Positions 36,742 to 39,118 of a stretch of 39,118 bases of DNA are shown piece after piece. The DNA is from Flavobacteriales bacterium (GTDB taxonomy: Bacteria > Bacteroidota > Bacteroidia > Flavobacteriales_F > PHOS-HE28): contig JANNYL010000212.1 in the NCBI GenBank assembly GCA_031410075.1, forward strand, positions 1 to 39,118. The letters are read 5' to 3'. A program made the translations under genes and the position numbers. Under the pieces are notes generated by a model. That model saw only the letters and a list, made by a program, of their open reading frames with translations. It was not told where the DNA came from and searched no databases. How positions within the stretch are numbered: the stretch's first letter is position 1; each line of letters begins with the position of its first letter.

Positions 36742-36789
36742 TTTCAACCGCAGGGGATACCGAACACCTTTGAATTCAACCCATCACCG

Positions 36790-37122
36790 ATGAGTCACGG
36801 AAAGTTCCACATCAAGCCCGACATACGCGGTGAGCACAGGTTCAATTTGGTAACCGGGAACGGCGAGGTGATACTGAGCAGCGAGGGCTACGCGATGCAT
36901 GCTTCCTGCGTGAAGGGTATAGAAAGCGTTCGTCGGCACGCACCGGATATCGCCAATTATGAACGCACTATTTCCGCGAGCGGCAAATATCACTTCAACC
37001 TGAAGGCCAAGAACGGCGAGGTGATCGGTACCAGCCAGATGTACAGCAGCTCTGAAAGCATGGAGAAGGGCATTGCTGCCGTGATGCGCGCGGCGCCCGT
37101 TGCCGATGTTACAGCACCTTGA
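36790..37122 (+). CDS. YegP-family protein (two DUF1508 repeats)
   Basis: 110 aa. GEHRFNLVTGNGEVILSSEGY and GKYHFNLKAKNGEVIGTSQMY tandem repeats. Confidence 0.88.
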   Translation: MSHGKFHIKPDIRGEHRFNLVTGNGEVILSSEGYAMHASCVKGIESVRRHAPDIANYERTISASGKYHFNLKAKNGEVIGTSQMYSSSESMEKGIAAVMRAAPVADVTAP

Positions 37123-37128
37123 GGGGTA

Positions 37129-38103
37129 TCATCGCTTCTTCTTCTCTTCTTCCTTTTTCTTTTCCTTGAAGAACTTCCGGAAGAACCAGTTACGCTGCAA
37201 CGCATGCAGGTCCTCGTTCAAGGTGGCCGCGCTCGAATCCATGTTCGCGACCGCGCGCTTCAGATCCCCGGCAATGGAGGTGTCTCGTGTGAGTGTGTGA
37301 CCAAGGCCTCCAGGGGTTTCCAGTCCTTGTGAGAACCGGCTGATATGGTGGCTGACGATCTGTAATGTGTCGGAAACGGAACTCAGCGTTCCCAATAGAT
37401 CGCGCACTTGCTGCTCAGAAGCTGGATCGCTAAGCAGCAAACCCACCGCTCCTTTGCCCGCTTGCAAGTCTTGCACAAGGCTGTTCACACGGCCGGTGAT
37501 CTCACTCGCATTCGCCGCCGTACTGCGCAATTCCGCTACCACCGCGCGCATGTCCTTCGCGATGCTTGTATCAGTGAAGAGTGAGACAGGACCCTTTTCC
37601 GTATTCAGTTTACGGGTCAATTCACGTAAGTCTCCGGTGATCGCCACGAGGTTGTCGTTGGAGTTGCCGAGCACGCGCAGCATCGCATCTGTATCCAACC
37701 CGGGCGACGTGTTCAGAACGGATCCGTCAATGAGCGGTCCGCTGGTTCCCGTAAGCGGTTCGATACTCACGAGCTTGTTGCCCATCAGCCCGTCGGAGGC
37801 GATGCTGGCAACGGCGTTCAAGCGGATGTGCGCGGCGGCATCGCGGCGGACCATCATGTCCACCACTACCTCGGTATCGTTCACGATGGTGATAGTCTTC
37901 ACGGTGCCCACGTCGATCCCGGCGTAGCGTACGTTGTTGCCCTCGCGCAATCCATTCACCTCGCCGAATCTGGCCGACACATCGATCGTGCGACTGAAGA
38001 GATCGCCTTTGAGGCCGAGAAGATAGAGACCCAGGACAAGGACGGCCACGCCCGAAAGAACGAAGATCCCGAGCTTGATGTTGTTGGTGCGTTCGTTCGC
38101 CAT
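37129..38103 (-). CDS. mlaD: MlaD-family (MCE domain) protein
   Basis: 324 aa. N-terminal TM, MCE domain (VNGLREGNNVRYAGIDVGTVKTI), coiled C-terminal region and a Lys/Glu-rich tail. Confidence 0.88.
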   Translation of the reverse strand: MANERTNNIKLGIFVLSGVAVLVLGLYLLGLKGDLFSRTIDVSARFGEVNGLREGNNVRYAGIDVGTVKTITIVNDTEVVVDMMVRRDAAAHIRLNAVASIASDGLMGNKLVSIEPLTGTSGPLIDGSVLNTSPGLDTDAMLRVLGNSNDNLVAITGDLRELTRKLNTEKGPVSLFTDTSIAKDMRAVVAELRSTAANASEITGRVNSLVQDLQAGKGAVGLLLSDPASEQQVRDLLGTLSSVSDTLQIVSHHISRFSQGLETPGGLGHTLTRDTSIAGDLKRAVANMDSSAATLNEDLHALQRNWFFRKFFKEKKKEEEKKKR

Positions 38104-38891
38104 TACATGAAAATGAAGAAGGGTTTTACCTGGGGGTCCTCCATGGCGTGCAGTTCGTCGTAGGTGCCTTCGGCGTGGTTGCGGCCATCGATCAGCACCG
38201 CGATCCGGTTGGCGGCGAGCTTGGCCACGTTCAGATCGTGCGAGATGATCACGGACGAGGTGCCGTACTTCTTCTGCAAGGTGAGGATCAATTCCACGAT
38301 CTCCTTGCCCGTGATCGGATCGAGACCGGTCGTGGGTTCGTCGTAGAGGACGATCTCCGGTTTCAGGATCAGCGTGCGCGCCAGGCCGATGCGGCGACGC
38401 ATACCACCAGAGAGCTCGCTGGGGTACATGTCGATGGCGTTCATCAGGCCCACGTTCTCCAACGCTTCTTTCACCAACGCTTCACTATCACCCCCCTCTT
38501 GCGCGATCCAATGGCGCCTCAGCGGGAACTCGAGGTTCTCCCGCACCGTCATGGAATCATACAGCGCACTGCTCTGGAAGAGGAAGCTGATCTTCACACG
38601 TATGCGGTCCAACGCATCGTGATCGAGGGCCAGCATGTCTTCGCCGAGCACGGAAATGCTCCCGTTGTCCGGCGTCAGCAGGCCCACGATGCACTTGATA
38701 AGCACGGATTTTCCGGAGCCGGACTTGCCGAGCACCATCACGCTTTCGCCGCGGCGCACCGTGAGGTCGAACCCTTGCAATACCTTGTTTTCACCAAAGG
38801 ACTTCCATAGGTCCTTGATGGCGATCACCACCTCCGCGTCCGGGGCGATGTTCGCGGGGGCGCTGATACCGGGGGTGGCTTCTGCTTCCAT
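38103..38891 (-). CDS. mlaF: ABC transporter ATP-binding protein (MlaF-like)
   Basis: 262 aa. Walker A GKSGSGKS, LSGGMRRR, IVLYDEPTTGLD. 1-nt overlap with the mlaD start and ATGA overlap with the mlaE stop codon. Confidence 0.92.
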   Translation of the reverse strand: MEAEATPGISAPANIAPDAEVVIAIKDLWKSFGENKVLQGFDLTVRRGESVMVLGKSGSGKSVLIKCIVGLLTPDNGSISVLGEDMLALDHDALDRIRVKISFLFQSSALYDSMTVRENLEFPLRRHWIAQEGGDSEALVKEALENVGLMNAIDMYPSELSGGMRRRIGLARTLILKPEIVLYDEPTTGLDPITGKEIVELILTLQKKYGTSSVIISHDLNVAKLAANRIAVLIDGRNHAEGTYDELHAMEDPQVKPFFIFM

Positions 38892-39118
38892 CAGTTCAGG
38901 CCCATGATCTCGGTGATCTGTACGGCAACCAGGTCGAGGATGAAGACGAGCAGGGAGGCGAGCACCACGGCCGAGTGCGCCGCGCGGCCCACACCCTCAG
39001 TTCCCTTCTCGGTGGTGAAGCCCTTGTAGCAGCCCACCACGCCAATGGCCAGCCCGAATAATATCGACTTGATGAGCGCCGGCAGTACATCGCTGAACAC
39101 GAGCGCATCGAACACCTG
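38891..39118 (-). CDS. mlaE: MlaE-family ABC permease (C-terminal part; gene runs off the window)
   Basis: The partial ORF ends ...KSILFGLAIGVVGCYKGFTTEKGTEGVGRAAHSAVVLASLLVFILDLVAVQITEIMGLN, typical of an MlaE C-terminus. Confidence 0.88.
   Translation of the reverse strand, partial: QVFDALVFSDVLPALIKSILFGLAIGVVGCYKGFTTEKGTEGVGRAAHSAVVLASLLVFILDLVAVQITEIMGLN

Overview
This is a 39.1-kb GC-rich chromosomal segment (about 60% GC in hand-counted samples; the HNH gene is nearer 52-57%). It has Bacteroidota hallmarks: a T9SS C-terminal sorting domain, lipobox and signal-peptide proteins, no obvious Shine-Dalgarno dependence, and TAnnTTTG-like -7 elements. I support about 33 protein genes and one tRNA-Arg(CCT). 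In order they are: a LolE/FtsX-type permease, a SAM methyltransferase and rbfA; an MsbA-like ABC exporter; a GT2 / GT-C-like membrane protein / FkbM methyltransferase operon; a membrane protein, cytochrome c and hflX; two secreted amidohydrolases; cysQ-gmd-fcl (GDP-fucose); a split, convergent purine-catabolic locus (uraH, a malate-synthase-fold protein, guaD, xdhA, xdhB) interrupted by a four-helix-bundle (Avd-like) cassette and an HNH endonuclease; an S8 lipoprotein peptidase; a CcoI/FixI-type Cu P-type ATPase; a 1397-aa Kelch + delta-60-repeat T9SS protein; a stress cluster of tandem Usp, rhodanese, PNPOx-family and YegP genes; and mlaEFD. The strongest non-obvious signal is four intergenic TGAC-N4-GTCA palindromes. 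Each lies exactly 26 nt upstream of a CTTT(G) -7-like element, which is class II Crp/Fnr-like geometry. Together they tie the ATPase, the giant surface protein, Usp-rhodanese and YegP/PNPOx into one putative regulon. Other signals are a family of simple-sequence inverted-repeat fillers (one carries the 4HB gene, one is an empty 28-bp hairpin between gmd and fcl), a 6S-like rod-shaped fold at 23-186, and an uncharacterised malate-synthase-fold gene coupled to uraH. All homology calls rest on motif recognition by eye; no searches were run.
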